64,000 nucleotides of DNA. Origin: Pseudomonadota bacterium. GTDB taxonomy: Bacteria; UBA10199; 2-02-FULL-44-16; DYJF01. The translations under genes were made by a program, and so were the position numbers. Location of the stretch: the NCBI GenBank assembly GCA_043823065.1, contig JBDRBB010000006.1, positions 79,094 through 143,093 of the forward strand, in the 5' to 3' direction. Of the stretch, positions 47,121 through 57,531 are shown piece by piece (within the stretch, counting starts at the first letter, position 1; every line of letters starts with the position of its first letter). The notes under the pieces are model-generated. The model saw only the letters and a program-made list of their open reading frames with translations. It was not told where the DNA came from and did not search any database.

Positions 47121-47385
47121 ATAAATGTGACAGCGTCGGTTGTTCCCACCATATAACTGACGCATTACCCATTTTTACCGATTCCTTTTGCCACAATCAA
47201 ACGACCGGTGCAATAGATGTAAAAAACTTGACTCCTGACTCACGTTTGTAATGATGCGGCAAAGAGACCCAAGTGATAAAAAGATATATTCGTTTTTTTT
47301 TTGCTGTCAAGCCCCTATATTTTAGGACTAAAAAGAGGCGGCTAATTGTGAGTTGCCGTCTGTCAAAATCGCGTGGCTAGGGCTA

Positions 47386-47526
47386 GGGGTCAAGTATTTA
47401 CTCTTCACTCTTGCATAGATGCGTGAATATATTCACTTGCCTCTGGTTTTGTTTTTACTTCAGCACTCATGATTCTAGATATCCGTGCTGGTTTTAGATT
47501 AAATATCTTTGAGAGTTCATCGTAAA
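47386..47526 (-). mobile_element. Truncated copy (~141 bp, left end only) of the IS at 42391-43410, abutting the 3' end of purH
   Basis: Identical to 42391-42530 including the terminal inverted repeat and the last 37 codons of the transposase (ELSKIFNLKPARISRIMSAEVKTKPEASEYIHASMQE). The tracked 73-aa ORF is a chimeric remnant. Confidence 0.8.
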
Positions 47527-47573
47527 AACTAAGGAAAAACTCGAATTGAACACACTTAACGAAAATAAAGCAA

Positions 47574-49145
47574 TCAATGCCGAAAATGCCTGACACCTGT
47601 GAAAACCATAGCCATGTTGTGTTCATTGGCTGCTAAAATTGCTTCATCATCTTTAATAGAACCGCCTGGTTGAATTACTGCAGTTGCACCTGCTTTGGCT
47701 GCTTCATCTATACCGTCGCGGAAAGGGAAAAAGGCATCTGAGGCTATCACACTTCCTTTTAAAGAACTTTGCGCTTTCATTACCGCAATCTTGGAAGAAT
47801 CCACCCTGCTCATCTGACCTGCGCCAATGCCAATGGTGCGGTCTTTAGCAGCATAAACAATAGCATTAGATTTAACATGCTTACAAATACGCCAGGCGAA
47901 ATCTAGAGCCTGCCATTCTTCTTCTGTTGGCGCGCGTTTGGTCACCACTTTGGCTTGCCTGACTTTTTCTAAGCTTAAATCTCTATCCTGAATTAACACT
48001 CCGCCCACTACTTTGCGGATGCCAATGCCAGTTGCAGTATAATTAGTGGTTAGTTGAGGAATTTCTAACAAACGAATATTTTTCTTTTTCATTAAAATCT
48101 CTTTTGCCGCCGCTGAAAATTTGGGCGCAGCAATTACTTCAAAAAAGATTTCTGACAAAGCCTGGGCGGTTTTTGAATCAACTTCCTTATTAAAACTTAC
48201 AATTCCGCCAAAGGCAGAAGTGGGATCACAAGCCAAGGCCTTGGTAAACGCCTCTTGCAAAGACTTGTCTGAAGTAGCAGCTCCGCAAGGGTTGCTATGT
48301 TTGACCACTACTGCGGCAAATGGCTGATCCCTAAATTCAGCCACCATTTCAATGGCTGCATCTGCATCCATAATATTATTATAGGAAAGTTCCTTGCCGT
48401 GAAGTTGTGTGGCATTAGTTAGCGCTGGTTCATTAACTGGAGTTGTGCTCTTATAAAAGGCTGCTTTTTGATGGGGGTTTTCGCCGTAACGTAAATCCTG
48501 CACCTTCTCAAAAGTAAAACCAATAACATCAGGATGTTCCTGCTGTTTCAAATCAGCATCATACTTACTTAAATAAGAAATAATAGCTGCATCATATTTT
48601 GCTGTTTGGGCAAAAACTTTTTTAGCTAAAGAAAATTTGGTTTGTTTGCTCAATTTTCCCTGATTGGTTTTAAGTTCACTTAAGATCTTGGCATAATCTC
48701 TTGGATCACAAACCACAGCCACGTCTTGATAGTTCTTAGCTGCAGCACGCAGCATGGTCGGGCCACCAATATCAATATTTTCAATAGCTTGTTCAAAGCT
48801 GCAATCTGGCTTGGCCACTGTGGCTTCAAAAGGATAAAGGTTCACCACAGCCAGATCTATATTATGGATATTGTTTTCTGCCATTTGTTTTTGATGCTGA
48901 GTATTGCCGCGCATTGCCAAAAGACCGCCGTGAATTTTAGGATGCAAAGTTTTTAACCGACCATCTAAAATTTCTGGGGAACCTGTATAATCTGAAATTT
49001 CAATCACTGGAATTTTTGCCTCTTGCAAGGCCTTAGCTGTGCCGCCAGTAGATAAAATTTCAATCCCCAACTCAGCCAAACCTTTGGCAAATTCAACTAT
49101 ACCGCTCTTATCTGAAACACTTATAAGTGCACGTTCTACTTTCAT
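47574..49145 (-). CDS. purH: Bifunctional AICAR transformylase / IMP cyclohydrolase
   Basis: MKVERALISVSDKSGIVEFAKGL...STGGTAK (MGS-like IMPCH domain), C-terminal AICARFT domain collinear with PurH. Confidence 0.9.
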   Translation of the reverse strand: MKVERALISVSDKSGIVEFAKGLAELGIEILSTGGTAKALQEAKIPVIEISDYTGSPEILDGRLKTLHPKIHGGLLAMRGNTQHQKQMAENNIHNIDLAVVNLYPFEATVAKPDCSFEQAIENIDIGGPTMLRAAAKNYQDVAVVCDPRDYAKILSELKTNQGKLSKQTKFSLAKKVFAQTAKYDAAIISYLSKYDADLKQQEHPDVIGFTFEKVQDLRYGENPHQKAAFYKSTTPVNEPALTNATQLHGKELSYNNIMDADAAIEMVAEFRDQPFAAVVVKHSNPCGAATSDKSLQEAFTKALACDPTSAFGGIVSFNKEVDSKTAQALSEIFFEVIAAPKFSAAAKEILMKKKNIRLLEIPQLTTNYTATGIGIRKVVGGVLIQDRDLSLEKVRQAKVVTKRAPTEEEWQALDFAWRICKHVKSNAIVYAAKDRTIGIGAGQMSRVDSSKIAVMKAQSSLKGSVIASDAFFPFRDGIDEAAKAGATAVIQPGGSIKDDEAILAANEHNMAMVFTGVRHFRH

Positions 49146-49161
49146 GTTATTCTCCCTATTT

Positions 49162-49269
49162 TGTCATCCTGAGAAATATGTCATACCCGCGAAAACGGGG
49201 ATCCAATCTGTTATAATAAGCTAGATTCCCGCCTTCGCGGGAATGACAAGCTTCGCGGGAATGACAAAC
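49162..49269. repeat. Compound inverted-repeat element (GTCATCCTGAG...GTCATACCCGCGAAAACGGGGATCC ... GATTCCCGCCTTCGCGGGAATGACA x2)
   Basis: GTCATTCCCGCGAA / TTCGCGGGAATGAC family. Lies between purH and mlaD. Confidence 0.75.
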
Positions 49270-50630
49270 TAATTCGACAAGGCGCTGGCTGTGCCGCCAA
49301 TTTGAAACAAACTCTTGATATCTTCATCCACTAATCTAAAACCTGCGCCTACAAAATAGTCCACAGGTTGATTGGGATTAATAATATCGTCAGCGCCGCC
49401 TAACAGATAAAAGTTTTTGGTAACATTAACTCCGCCATATAATTTGATATGGGGTTTTTCACCATAGCGGGTAGTGAAATCATAGGCTTCAGCATGGGCA
49501 GAAGCTGGGCCCAAAAAATAATCAGCTCCCAAGCCACCAGTTGATTCAATAATTCCACCCCGGATTTGAAAATCATAAAACTTTTTGGCTAGCTGGGCGG
49601 AAATGCGCACCGCATTGCGGTCAATAGTTGCTGTATGGGTTTGCACCGTAGTAGTAGCATTGTTAACTGTAACCTCTGTGGTTTTTTCCACATGACTGGG
49701 ATTGGGGTTGGGATCTGCCACCACATCTAACAAAAAAGCCTTGTCTGGCGAAGGCCGCAAAGCCAGCGAAACATAGTGTTTAAAATCTTCAGTTTTGGCC
49801 ATGTATTCAGCATGATAACCAATTTCTGTTTCCAATTTTCGCATGCCACCCAAGGTATCATTTAAGCTATCTATTGCTTCATTTAGTTTTTCCACTGTTT
49901 CTTCATCATTAACCAATTTACCAATTGTGCCTTCGCCACGATCAATCTTGCCCGTAATGGAAGCAACATGCTCCATGGAAGATTCAACTTCTTCGCGACT
50001 CCTTCTTAGGGCTTCAGTAAATTCAGCTAGATTTACAGAAATACGATTAATATTTTCCTGATTGTGAATAGTTAAAGTTTTAATAGTTTCTGTAAACTCA
50101 TCTAGATTATTAATGATGCGATTAATGGGAGCTGTGCCTTCCTGATTGACCATGGTTTTTAAGGAAGAAGTAATGGCCTTAATGTCATTGGCAATCTCGT
50201 TAAATTGCGCCATGAGCTGATTAAGATCGCCGGAAGCGCCAGTGTCAGCAATTTCCTGGCCTTTGCCCAAAGTTGGCACATTAAAACTGCCAGGAATTAA
50301 CTCCACATAAGTTTCACCTAAAAAGCCCCGACTGCGCAGCACTGCCTTGCTATCTTCTGGAAGTTTCACCTTGCGGTTAAGCAACAAGGTTACCTTAGCC
50401 TGTCGTGAATCAAAAAGCTCCAAATCTTTGACCACACCCACCTGCACTCCGGCTAGTTCCACCGGAGCCTTAATTTTCAAACCAGTGGCATTTTCAAAAA
50501 TAGCTTCTAGTTCATAGCCCCGACCAGCTGTGACTGCCCTCTCGCTGACTTTAATCGTAATCAGGCCGGCCAGAGCAATCATAATTGCGGCAAACAAACC
50601 AACTTTCATTTCCAAGGAAAGTCGCTTCAC
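49269..50630 (-). CDS. mlaD: MCE/MlaD-family outer-membrane lipid asymmetry protein with a long C-terminal extension
   Basis: N-terminal TM plus MCE domain (KAPVELAGVQVGVVKDLEL). Operon with mlaF and mlaE. Confidence 0.75.
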   Translation of the reverse strand: MKRLSLEMKVGLFAAIMIALAGLITIKVSERAVTAGRGYELEAIFENATGLKIKAPVELAGVQVGVVKDLELFDSRQAKVTLLLNRKVKLPEDSKAVLRSRGFLGETYVELIPGSFNVPTLGKGQEIADTGASGDLNQLMAQFNEIANDIKAITSSLKTMVNQEGTAPINRIINNLDEFTETIKTLTIHNQENINRISVNLAEFTEALRRSREEVESSMEHVASITGKIDRGEGTIGKLVNDEETVEKLNEAIDSLNDTLGGMRKLETEIGYHAEYMAKTEDFKHYVSLALRPSPDKAFLLDVVADPNPNPSHVEKTTEVTVNNATTTVQTHTATIDRNAVRISAQLAKKFYDFQIRGGIIESTGGLGADYFLGPASAHAEAYDFTTRYGEKPHIKLYGGVNVTKNFYLLGGADDIINPNQPVDYFVGAGFRLVDEDIKSLFQIGGTASALSN

Positions 50631-51358
50631 GAATTTTCTCCTCTTAAAAATTTATGTACAGCTGGATTTTGAGATTTACGAATGACTTCTGGACTGCCTT
50701 GCTCAATAATTTTGCCCCCCATAATCATAGCAATTTGATCTGCCACCCGAAACGTGGATTCAATATCATGACTTATCACCACTGAGGTGATATTTAAGGT
50801 TTGTTGCATGGACAAGATAAGATTGTCAATAGATCCAGTCATAATTGGGTCTAACCCAGTGGTTGGCTCATCATATAAAATTATTTCTGGCTCCAAAACA
50901 ATGGCTCTAGCCAAACCAGCTCTCTTTTTCATACCACCTGAAAGTTCATCAGGCATTTTATCACCCACATCGGTTAAGCCAACTAATCTTAATTTTTCTT
51001 TAACAATTTTTTCAACTTGTTGCGAAGTTTTATCTGGAGCATGCTCGCGCAAAGGAAACGCCACATTGTCAAAAACTGAAAGAGAATCAAAAAGCGCGGC
51101 ACTTTGAAACAGCATACCAAAGCGTCTTCTAACTTTATTGATTTGCACACGATCTAAGGTGTTAATATCCTGACCATCTACTACAACCCTACCAGAATCA
51201 GGCTTTAAAAGCCCAATTATGTGGCGCAAAAGCACTGTCTTGCCGCATCCTGAAGGACCAATAATAACTGTGATCTGGCCTTTGGGAATTTTTAAATTCA
51301 CGCCGCGCAAGACTTCGTGCTGATTAAAGGATTTATGTAAATTAATAATTTCAATCAT
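50627..51358 (-). CDS. mlaF: ABC transporter ATP-binding protein (MlaF-like)
   Basis: Walker A GPSGCGKT, signature LSGGMKKR, Walker B ILYDEP. Confidence 0.85.
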   Translation of the reverse strand: MIEIINLHKSFNQHEVLRGVNLKIPKGQITVIIGPSGCGKTVLLRHIIGLLKPDSGRVVVDGQDINTLDRVQINKVRRRFGMLFQSAALFDSLSVFDNVAFPLREHAPDKTSQQVEKIVKEKLRLVGLTDVGDKMPDELSGGMKKRAGLARAIVLEPEIILYDEPTTGLDPIMTGSIDNLILSMQQTLNITSVVISHDIESTFRVADQIAMIMGGKIIEQGSPEVIRKSQNPAVHKFLRGENS

Positions 51359-52161
51359 TTTAACAAATACTCAACAATCCAACTGGTTAAGAAATAATCA
51401 ATAACCAAAACAGTAACCGAGGAGAGCACCACAGCTCTGGTGGTGCGCCTACCAACTCCTTGGGCTCCACCTCTGGTCTTAAACCCTTGATAACAACTTA
51501 TGGCAGCAATACAGAAACCAAAAACTGCTGCCTTGATTAGGCCGCTAAAAAAATCATCGCCGTCTAAATAGTAATAAAGCTTAGAAAGCAGCAAACCTTC
51601 ACTAATTCCCAAAATATAGACACCAACTAAATAAGAACCAAACATGCCCACAAAATTATAGAGCACGGTCAACATGGGAACCATGATTACTGCTGACCAA
51701 ACCCTGGGCACTGCCAAATATTGAATAGGATCCACGGCCATGGTTTCCAAGGCATCGATTTGCTCGGAAACTTTCATGCTGCCAATTTCTGCAGCCATGG
51801 AAGAACAAGCGCGGGCTGTAACCATCAGCGCGGTAAAAACCGGCGCAATCTCTCTGGCCAAAGAAAGACCCACAGTTGCGCCAACCATGCTTTCCATATT
51901 AAACAAGGCGTAAACCTTGCCAACTTGTAAAGCAAAAACCGCCCCGGAAAAAAAAGCGGTTAAGACAATAATGCCTGTGGATTTTACACCCACAAATTCC
52001 ATTTGCTCAAACAGCTGGGTTAAGCGAAAAGGTTTGCGAAAAGTCCATCTAATAATCTCTCTGACAAAAACACACCACTCGCCTAAACAGCGCATAGAGC
52101 TCAGGATGTGAGCACCAAGGGGAGTTAAGACAGGACTTATAACATTAATAATGCGTTCCAT
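51355..52161 (-). CDS. mlaE: ABC transporter permease (MlaE-like)
   Basis: Multi-TM permease collinear with MlaE. Overlapping stop/start with mlaF. Confidence 0.8.
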   Translation of the reverse strand: MERIINVISPVLTPLGAHILSSMRCLGEWCVFVREIIRWTFRKPFRLTQLFEQMEFVGVKSTGIIVLTAFFSGAVFALQVGKVYALFNMESMVGATVGLSLAREIAPVFTALMVTARACSSMAAEIGSMKVSEQIDALETMAVDPIQYLAVPRVWSAVIMVPMLTVLYNFVGMFGSYLVGVYILGISEGLLLSKLYYYLDGDDFFSGLIKAAVFGFCIAAISCYQGFKTRGGAQGVGRRTTRAVVLSSVTVLVIDYFLTSWIVEYLLK

Positions 52162-53300
52162 TATTTATATATCCTCGGTATTCTCCTGGAGATACCGCAT
52201 AAAATTTCATAGGAGATGCTATCTATCCAGCTAGCCATTTCATCAGCGGTAATTTGCTCGTTACCTTGTGAGCCTAAAATAACTACGTCATCGCCCACAC
52301 TGATCTCTGGCAGATTAGTAACATCAACCATAATCATATCCATGGTAACGCGACCCACAACCGGCGCCCGCTTGCCTCTTACCAGAACATAAGCTTTATC
52401 TGTAAAATTAAACCTATAACCATCTGCGTAACCAATGGGCACTGCACCCAAACGCGAATCTTTCGCGGTCTTAAACGTGCAACCATAACTTACCGCAGTT
52501 CCTTGGGGCACACGCTTAAGCAAGGCAATTTTACTTTGCACGCCCATTACTGGCTTAAGCTTAATTTCTGGCGGTAGTTTTAGGCCATCAGCATAACCAT
52601 ATAGCGCTATGCCAGGCCGCACCCAAATTTTAGCTGCCTTAAATTTTGCCAAAGATCTCTGGGCAATAATTGCTGCACTATTGCTAAAATGCCAGACAGG
52701 AATTTCTCCCAGCTTTTTTTCAATTTCTTGTTTGGCCCTTAAAAAAACTTCTAACTGAAAAGTAGTATAATCTTTATCTTCAGCTGCAGCTAAATGGGTC
52801 ATCACCCCTTCAACTCTGATCGATTTTGATTTAGCCAAACCTTCCAGCAAGGGAGACAAAAATTCCGGACGAACCCCTAAACGGCTCATACCTGTATCCA
52901 CTTTCAAATGCACGCTTAATTGACGGCCATATTTTTGCGCTGCCAGCTCCAAACAATCTAACACATCTTTACTATGCACCACAGGAATTAGATTAGACTC
53001 CACCATGCCATCTGTTGCAGGCCCACCCATACCCATAAGACCGCCCATGACCAAAATTGGGGCCTCAATTTTAGCCTGACGCAACTCAATGCCTTCTTCC
53101 ACAGTAGCCACGCCTAATACATCAATTTGATTTTCAATTAATTTTTGCGAAACTTGCACAGCGCCATGGCCATAAGCATCTGCTTTGACCATACCCAAAA
53201 TGCCAACAGCTGGAGGAACCAAACTCTTTAAAGTTTGAAAATTATATTCCAAGGCCTGCAGGTCTATGGTAGCTATTGTTGGTCTATAAACAGTTTTCAT
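52161..53300 (-). CDS. alr: Alanine racemase
   Basis: PLP-Lys motif VKADAYGHG. Overall Alr length and collinearity. Confidence 0.85.
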   Translation of the reverse strand: MKTVYRPTIATIDLQALEYNFQTLKSLVPPAVGILGMVKADAYGHGAVQVSQKLIENQIDVLGVATVEEGIELRQAKIEAPILVMGGLMGMGGPATDGMVESNLIPVVHSKDVLDCLELAAQKYGRQLSVHLKVDTGMSRLGVRPEFLSPLLEGLAKSKSIRVEGVMTHLAAAEDKDYTTFQLEVFLRAKQEIEKKLGEIPVWHFSNSAAIIAQRSLAKFKAAKIWVRPGIALYGYADGLKLPPEIKLKPVMGVQSKIALLKRVPQGTAVSYGCTFKTAKDSRLGAVPIGYADGYRFNFTDKAYVLVRGKRAPVVGRVTMDMIMVDVTNLPEISVGDDVVILGSQGNEQITADEMASWIDSISYEILCGISRRIPRIYK

Positions 53301-53326
53301 AAAAAGAGTGGTTACCTAGCACAGGG

Positions 53327-54142
53327 TTGCTTGTCAAAAGTTTAATTTATCTGTATAGCATATATAATATGAATATCACTTGTCAGTATATTGGCCATGC
53401 CACAACCCTAATTAAAATTGGGCAGACCTGTTTTTTAACTGATCCAAATTTTTCCAATCGCGTGTTATTTTTCAAGAGGCAGGTTAAACTTACACCTGCC
53501 CCAAATGAACTACCCAAAATTGATACTATTTTAATCAGTCATGTGCATTTTGATCATTTGGATTTTAATAGTTATAAATATATTTCGGTCAATGTACCAA
53601 TTATCGTACCTGAATCATGCTACAAACTCCTGGCCAAATATTTACCCAATCCTGTAACTGAGCTGGGCCTTTTTGCCACCCACAATTTGCGCGATGGCAG
53701 CAAAATAACTGCAGTAACCGCTAGGCATAGAGGTGGCCGGCTTTCTCATTTGCGCTACACTACAACTAATAGTTATTTAATTCAAAAAGATGGGTGCACG
53801 GTCTTTTTTTGCGGAGATTCTGGCTATGGTCCTCATTTTAAAGAAATAGCCAATCTAGCCAAAATAGATTTGGCCCTGCTGCCTATTGCCAATTATGAAC
53901 CCCAATGGTTTATGAAAACCAGACATATGAAGCCAGGTGAGGCAGTGCAGGCTTTTGAAGATTTAAAAGCCAAATGGATGATTCCCATTCATTGGGGCAC
54001 ATTCAAATTATCTGCAGAACCCCTGAACCAGCCCTTAAAACTCTTGGATAAAATTATAGCGGAACGTCCCAGTCTTAAAGATAAGATTCACATTCTACCG
54101 CATGGTCAAGAAATAACTTTGCGCCCAAAACCCACCTCTTGA
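53327..54142 (+). CDS. MBL-fold metallo-hydrolase
   Basis: HxHxDH motif ISHVHFDHLD. The probable true start is the internal MNITCQ at 53369. Confidence 0.7.
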   Translation: MLVKSLIYLYSIYNMNITCQYIGHATTLIKIGQTCFLTDPNFSNRVLFFKRQVKLTPAPNELPKIDTILISHVHFDHLDFNSYKYISVNVPIIVPESCYKLLAKYLPNPVTELGLFATHNLRDGSKITAVTARHRGGRLSHLRYTTTNSYLIQKDGCTVFFCGDSGYGPHFKEIANLAKIDLALLPIANYEPQWFMKTRHMKPGEAVQAFEDLKAKWMIPIHWGTFKLSAEPLNQPLKLLDKIIAERPSLKDKIHILPHGQEITLRPKPTS

Positions 54143-54173
54143 CCGCCTGCCTTAAATATGTTCATCTCGGCCA

Positions 54174-54662
54174 ATGTCAAAAATAGCAGTTTGCCCAGGA
54201 AGTTTTGATCCTATCACCTTAGGCCATCTTAATGTTATTGAAAGATGTCTTAAGATTTTTGATAAAATCATAGTTGCTGTGGCTATAAACACAAGCAAGC
54301 AGGCCATATTTACCCCTGAAGAACGCGTCATGCAGCTTAAAGAAATATTTAAAGATTACAACAACGTAGAGGTTGATTCTTTTCAAGGACTTTTGGTAAA
54401 TTATGTAAAGGATAAACAAATAAAAACAGTTATTCGCGGTATTAGAAATATGAGTGATTATGAATATGAATCGCAATTGTCCTTGGCTAATCGCACCTTA
54501 GATCCAAGCTTGGAATTTATTTATATGTTAACTGAGGGTAAATATGCCCATTTAAGTTCTTCTTTTGTTAAAGAAATTATCAAATTTGGCGGATCAGGCT
54601 GCGGAATGATTCATCCGATAGTGGAAAAAAAGTTGCGCGAAAAATTATCCCCCAAGATTTAA
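54174..54662 (+). CDS. coaD: Phosphopantetheine adenylyltransferase
   Basis: MSKIAVCPGSFDPITLGHLNVIER (HxGH nucleotidyltransferase motif), 162 aa. Confidence 0.9.
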   Translation: MSKIAVCPGSFDPITLGHLNVIERCLKIFDKIIVAVAINTSKQAIFTPEERVMQLKEIFKDYNNVEVDSFQGLLVNYVKDKQIKTVIRGIRNMSDYEYESQLSLANRTLDPSLEFIYMLTEGKYAHLSSSFVKEIIKFGGSGCGMIHPIVEKKLREKLSPKI

Positions 54663-54676
54663 ACCGGAGGAAAGTT

Positions 54677-56065
54677 ATGGATTGCTGGAAAACAGTTGAA
54701 GCTCTAGAAAATGCTGGCCAACTAACCTTTGAAATCAAGAACAAAAAACTAAAAATTATTGATGAAGCCCGTTTTAGAAACGACACTGTTCAAAAATTAA
54801 TTTGGAACGCAACCTTTGCAGAAGATGAAAGTGTCAAAAAACTTGCCCAATGGGTTATTTGGGAGGCTTCCTTACAATTAGATGCTATTTCTTCTTCAAT
54901 TCAGGATTTTTATTTAGCCAGAGCAAAAGATAAATGGCAAAATCTTACTGTACCAGCAATTAATCTGCGCGGTTTAACCTATGATATTGCTTGCACTATT
55001 TTTAAGGTCTTAAATCGCCTAAACGCCCAAGCCTGTATTTTTGAAATTGCCAAAACAGAAATGGAATATACCAAACAGCCTCCTGCTGAATATGCTAGCT
55101 GCATTTTAGCAGCAGCTATGCATGAGTACTATAGAGGTCCAATTTTTCTGCAAGGCGATCATTTTCAAATAAATGCCAAGAATTTTGCCAAGGATCGTAA
55201 AAAAGAATTGGATAATTTAAAACATCTCATTACAGAATCTGTAGAAGCTGGCTTTTTCAATTTTGATCTTGATACTTCTACTTTGGTTGATTTAAGCCAG
55301 GCCGAGATTTGCGATCAACAGCAACCCAATTTCACCAATGCCGCAGAACTGGCTAAATTTATTCGAGCCAATGAACCAAAAGGCGTTACCATAGCTATTG
55401 GCGGTGAAATTGGTGAAAATGGCGAAGCAAACAGCACTGAAGAAGAACTCAGTTGTTTTGTGGAAGGCTTTAACAGCGCCCTGAATTTAGATACGAATAT
55501 AAAACCAGTTGGTTTGTCTAAAATATCGGTTCAAACCGGGGCCATCCATGGTGGGGTAGTTTTGGCCAATGGTTCTATTGCCAAAGTAAAACTTGATTTT
55601 GAAACTTTGGAGAAGTTGGGAAAACTAGCCAGAGAACAGTTTGACCTGGGCGGAGTTGTCCAACACGGGGCTTCAACTTTGACGGAAAACGCTTTTGATA
55701 ATTTTCCCAAACGAGAAACATTAGAAGTGCATCTAGCCACAGCTTTTCAAAATATTATTTATGAAACCACTGCCTTCCCCAAGATCTTGCGGGAAAATAT
55801 CTACAAGTGGCTAAAACAAAATTGCGCTCAGGAAGCGCCTGAAGGCTTAACAGACGAGCAATTCTATTATAGAACCAGAAAAAAAGGTTTTGGACCATTC
55901 AAAAAGGAATTATGGTCTTTATCTGATAATACTAAAACAGCTTTAATGAGTGAATTGGCCAGAACATTTGATATGATGTTTAGAAAACTGGGGGTTGAAA
56001 ACAGTAAAGAATTAGTTGAGAAACTTGTCAAACCTGTCCCGGTACATCATGAATATCCTTTATGA
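54677..56065 (+). CDS. GatZ/KbaZ-family (tagatose-bisphosphate aldolase-like, class II aldolase superfamily) protein
   Basis: IFLQGDHFQINAK...AGFFNFDLDTS...IAIGGEIGENGEANS aligns with GatZ ILGGDHLGPN...AGFSKIHLDAS...VIGTEVPVPGGEAS. Confidence 0.55.
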   Translation: MDCWKTVEALENAGQLTFEIKNKKLKIIDEARFRNDTVQKLIWNATFAEDESVKKLAQWVIWEASLQLDAISSSIQDFYLARAKDKWQNLTVPAINLRGLTYDIACTIFKVLNRLNAQACIFEIAKTEMEYTKQPPAEYASCILAAAMHEYYRGPIFLQGDHFQINAKNFAKDRKKELDNLKHLITESVEAGFFNFDLDTSTLVDLSQAEICDQQQPNFTNAAELAKFIRANEPKGVTIAIGGEIGENGEANSTEEELSCFVEGFNSALNLDTNIKPVGLSKISVQTGAIHGGVVLANGSIAKVKLDFETLEKLGKLAREQFDLGGVVQHGASTLTENAFDNFPKRETLEVHLATAFQNIIYETTAFPKILRENIYKWLKQNCAQEAPEGLTDEQFYYRTRKKGFGPFKKELWSLSDNTKTALMSELARTFDMMFRKLGVENSKELVEKLVKPVPVHHEYPL

Positions 56066-57531
56066 AAAACAACGGGGTTGCTGTATTAACCATTTGTTTC
56101 TTTTTATTTTGTCTTTTTCCCTCATTTGCCTCTAGCGCAGATACACTCTTGCTTTCTGCCCAAAAGGTTCAAGACTTAGCCTTAGAACAAAATTACTCGG
56201 TTCAGGTGGCTAAGCTGCAAAAAGAAATTGCCAAGCAAGCCATTCCCCAAGCTAAAGGCGTGTATGACACTAACCTGGGTCTAGACGCTAACCATAATAT
56301 TAATGATACAACAAAAACTTCAGCAATCTTTGGCGGACGTATTGACACCACAACTGCAGGAATTTCTGCTACTAAAAAATTTGCCACAGGCACAGAAGCT
56401 GGCCTGGGTTTCTCAAACGTTAGAACCAAATATCATAACAATTTAGTTATTAACGGCAACCCCATCTATCCCCCCAATGCACTCTATGAACCGATTTTAT
56501 CATTTTCCCTTAACCAGCCTTTAATGAAAAACGTGGCTGGTTTTATAGATCGCAAAACTGTGCAAGCAGCTGAAATTGGCTCTTTGGCTTCTGAATTAAC
56601 CATTAGCAGGGAAATTCAAACTATTGTTTATAATGCCTTAGCCAATTATTGGAACTGGGTCTTAATTCGTCATCATATACAGGTTTTAGAAAAATCCGTA
56701 CTTTTTGCAGAAAATTTTTTAAAAACAACTCTCTCAGAATATAATCTAGGCACTAAAGAGGAAACAGATGTTTTAGCAGCCAAAGCCAATGTTCTGGTGC
56801 GCAAAGATCAACTTTTGATGTCCAAAGAATTGGAGCGCACTTGGCAAGAAAGTTTACGCGTGAATTTGGGAATTGGCCCGGAGATAACATTAAATAATCA
56901 AGAAAAACTGCCTCCTTTTTTTGAACTTAAGCAAACCTTAGCTCAGGCAATAAATACTGCTTATGAAAAACGCCGCGACTATCTGGCCAGCAAGCAGGAA
57001 TTGGAATTAAGAAACGTTAATCTGGCTATTGCCAAAAATACCAGATGGCCAACTTTAGATATTTATGGTTCTTTAGACTTAAACGATATTCAAACCAGTT
57101 ATGCAGAGGCGTTAAGCAACCTGGATAATCCAAATCTTACTGTGGGTTTGCAATTTTCTGTACCTTTGGAAAATCGGGTAGCCCGAGCCAATAAACGCAT
57201 TGCTGATTTTGAAAAAACTCAAGCTTTGGTAGCTTTGAAGGATTTACAAAACCGGATTGCCAACAATGTTTCCAGAACCTATCAGGAAGTTCTAAGTCGC
57301 AGAACCATTATTAACCAGTCTCAGGAAGCCTTGAAACTTCAAGTAAAAAAATTAGAACAAGAAATGGAAAAATATTCTTTCGGCAGATCTTCTTCTGATC
57401 TAGTAATTAGATATCAAGATGATGTGATCAATTCGGAAAGGGCTAATGTTGATGCTTGGGTAGAATACCAAAGTGCTGTGTTAAACTTACAACTAGCCAT
57501 GGGAACTTTAGTGTATGCGCCGCATATTTGA
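56062..57531 (+). CDS. TolC-family outer membrane efflux protein
   Basis: Signal peptide, two repeated OEP helical/beta units, 489 aa. Confidence 0.75.
   Translation: MKNNGVAVLTICFFLFCLFPSFASSADTLLLSAQKVQDLALEQNYSVQVAKLQKEIAKQAIPQAKGVYDTNLGLDANHNINDTTKTSAIFGGRIDTTTAGISATKKFATGTEAGLGFSNVRTKYHNNLVINGNPIYPPNALYEPILSFSLNQPLMKNVAGFIDRKTVQAAEIGSLASELTISREIQTIVYNALANYWNWVLIRHHIQVLEKSVLFAENFLKTTLSEYNLGTKEETDVLAAKANVLVRKDQLLMSKELERTWQESLRVNLGIGPEITLNNQEKLPPFFELKQTLAQAINTAYEKRRDYLASKQELELRNVNLAIAKNTRWPTLDIYGSLDLNDIQTSYAEALSNLDNPNLTVGLQFSVPLENRVARANKRIADFEKTQALVALKDLQNRIANNVSRTYQEVLSRRTIINQSQEALKLQVKKLEQEMEKYSFGRSSSDLVIRYQDDVINSERANVDAWVEYQSAVLNLQLAMGTLVYAPHI

Noticed and set aside
36634-47530. Integrated prophage next to the tRNA genes
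   Set aside because: No integrase, capsid, terminase or tail genes are present. The content is IS-type mobile DNA and hypotheticals, so it is better described as an accessory island or insertion hotspot.
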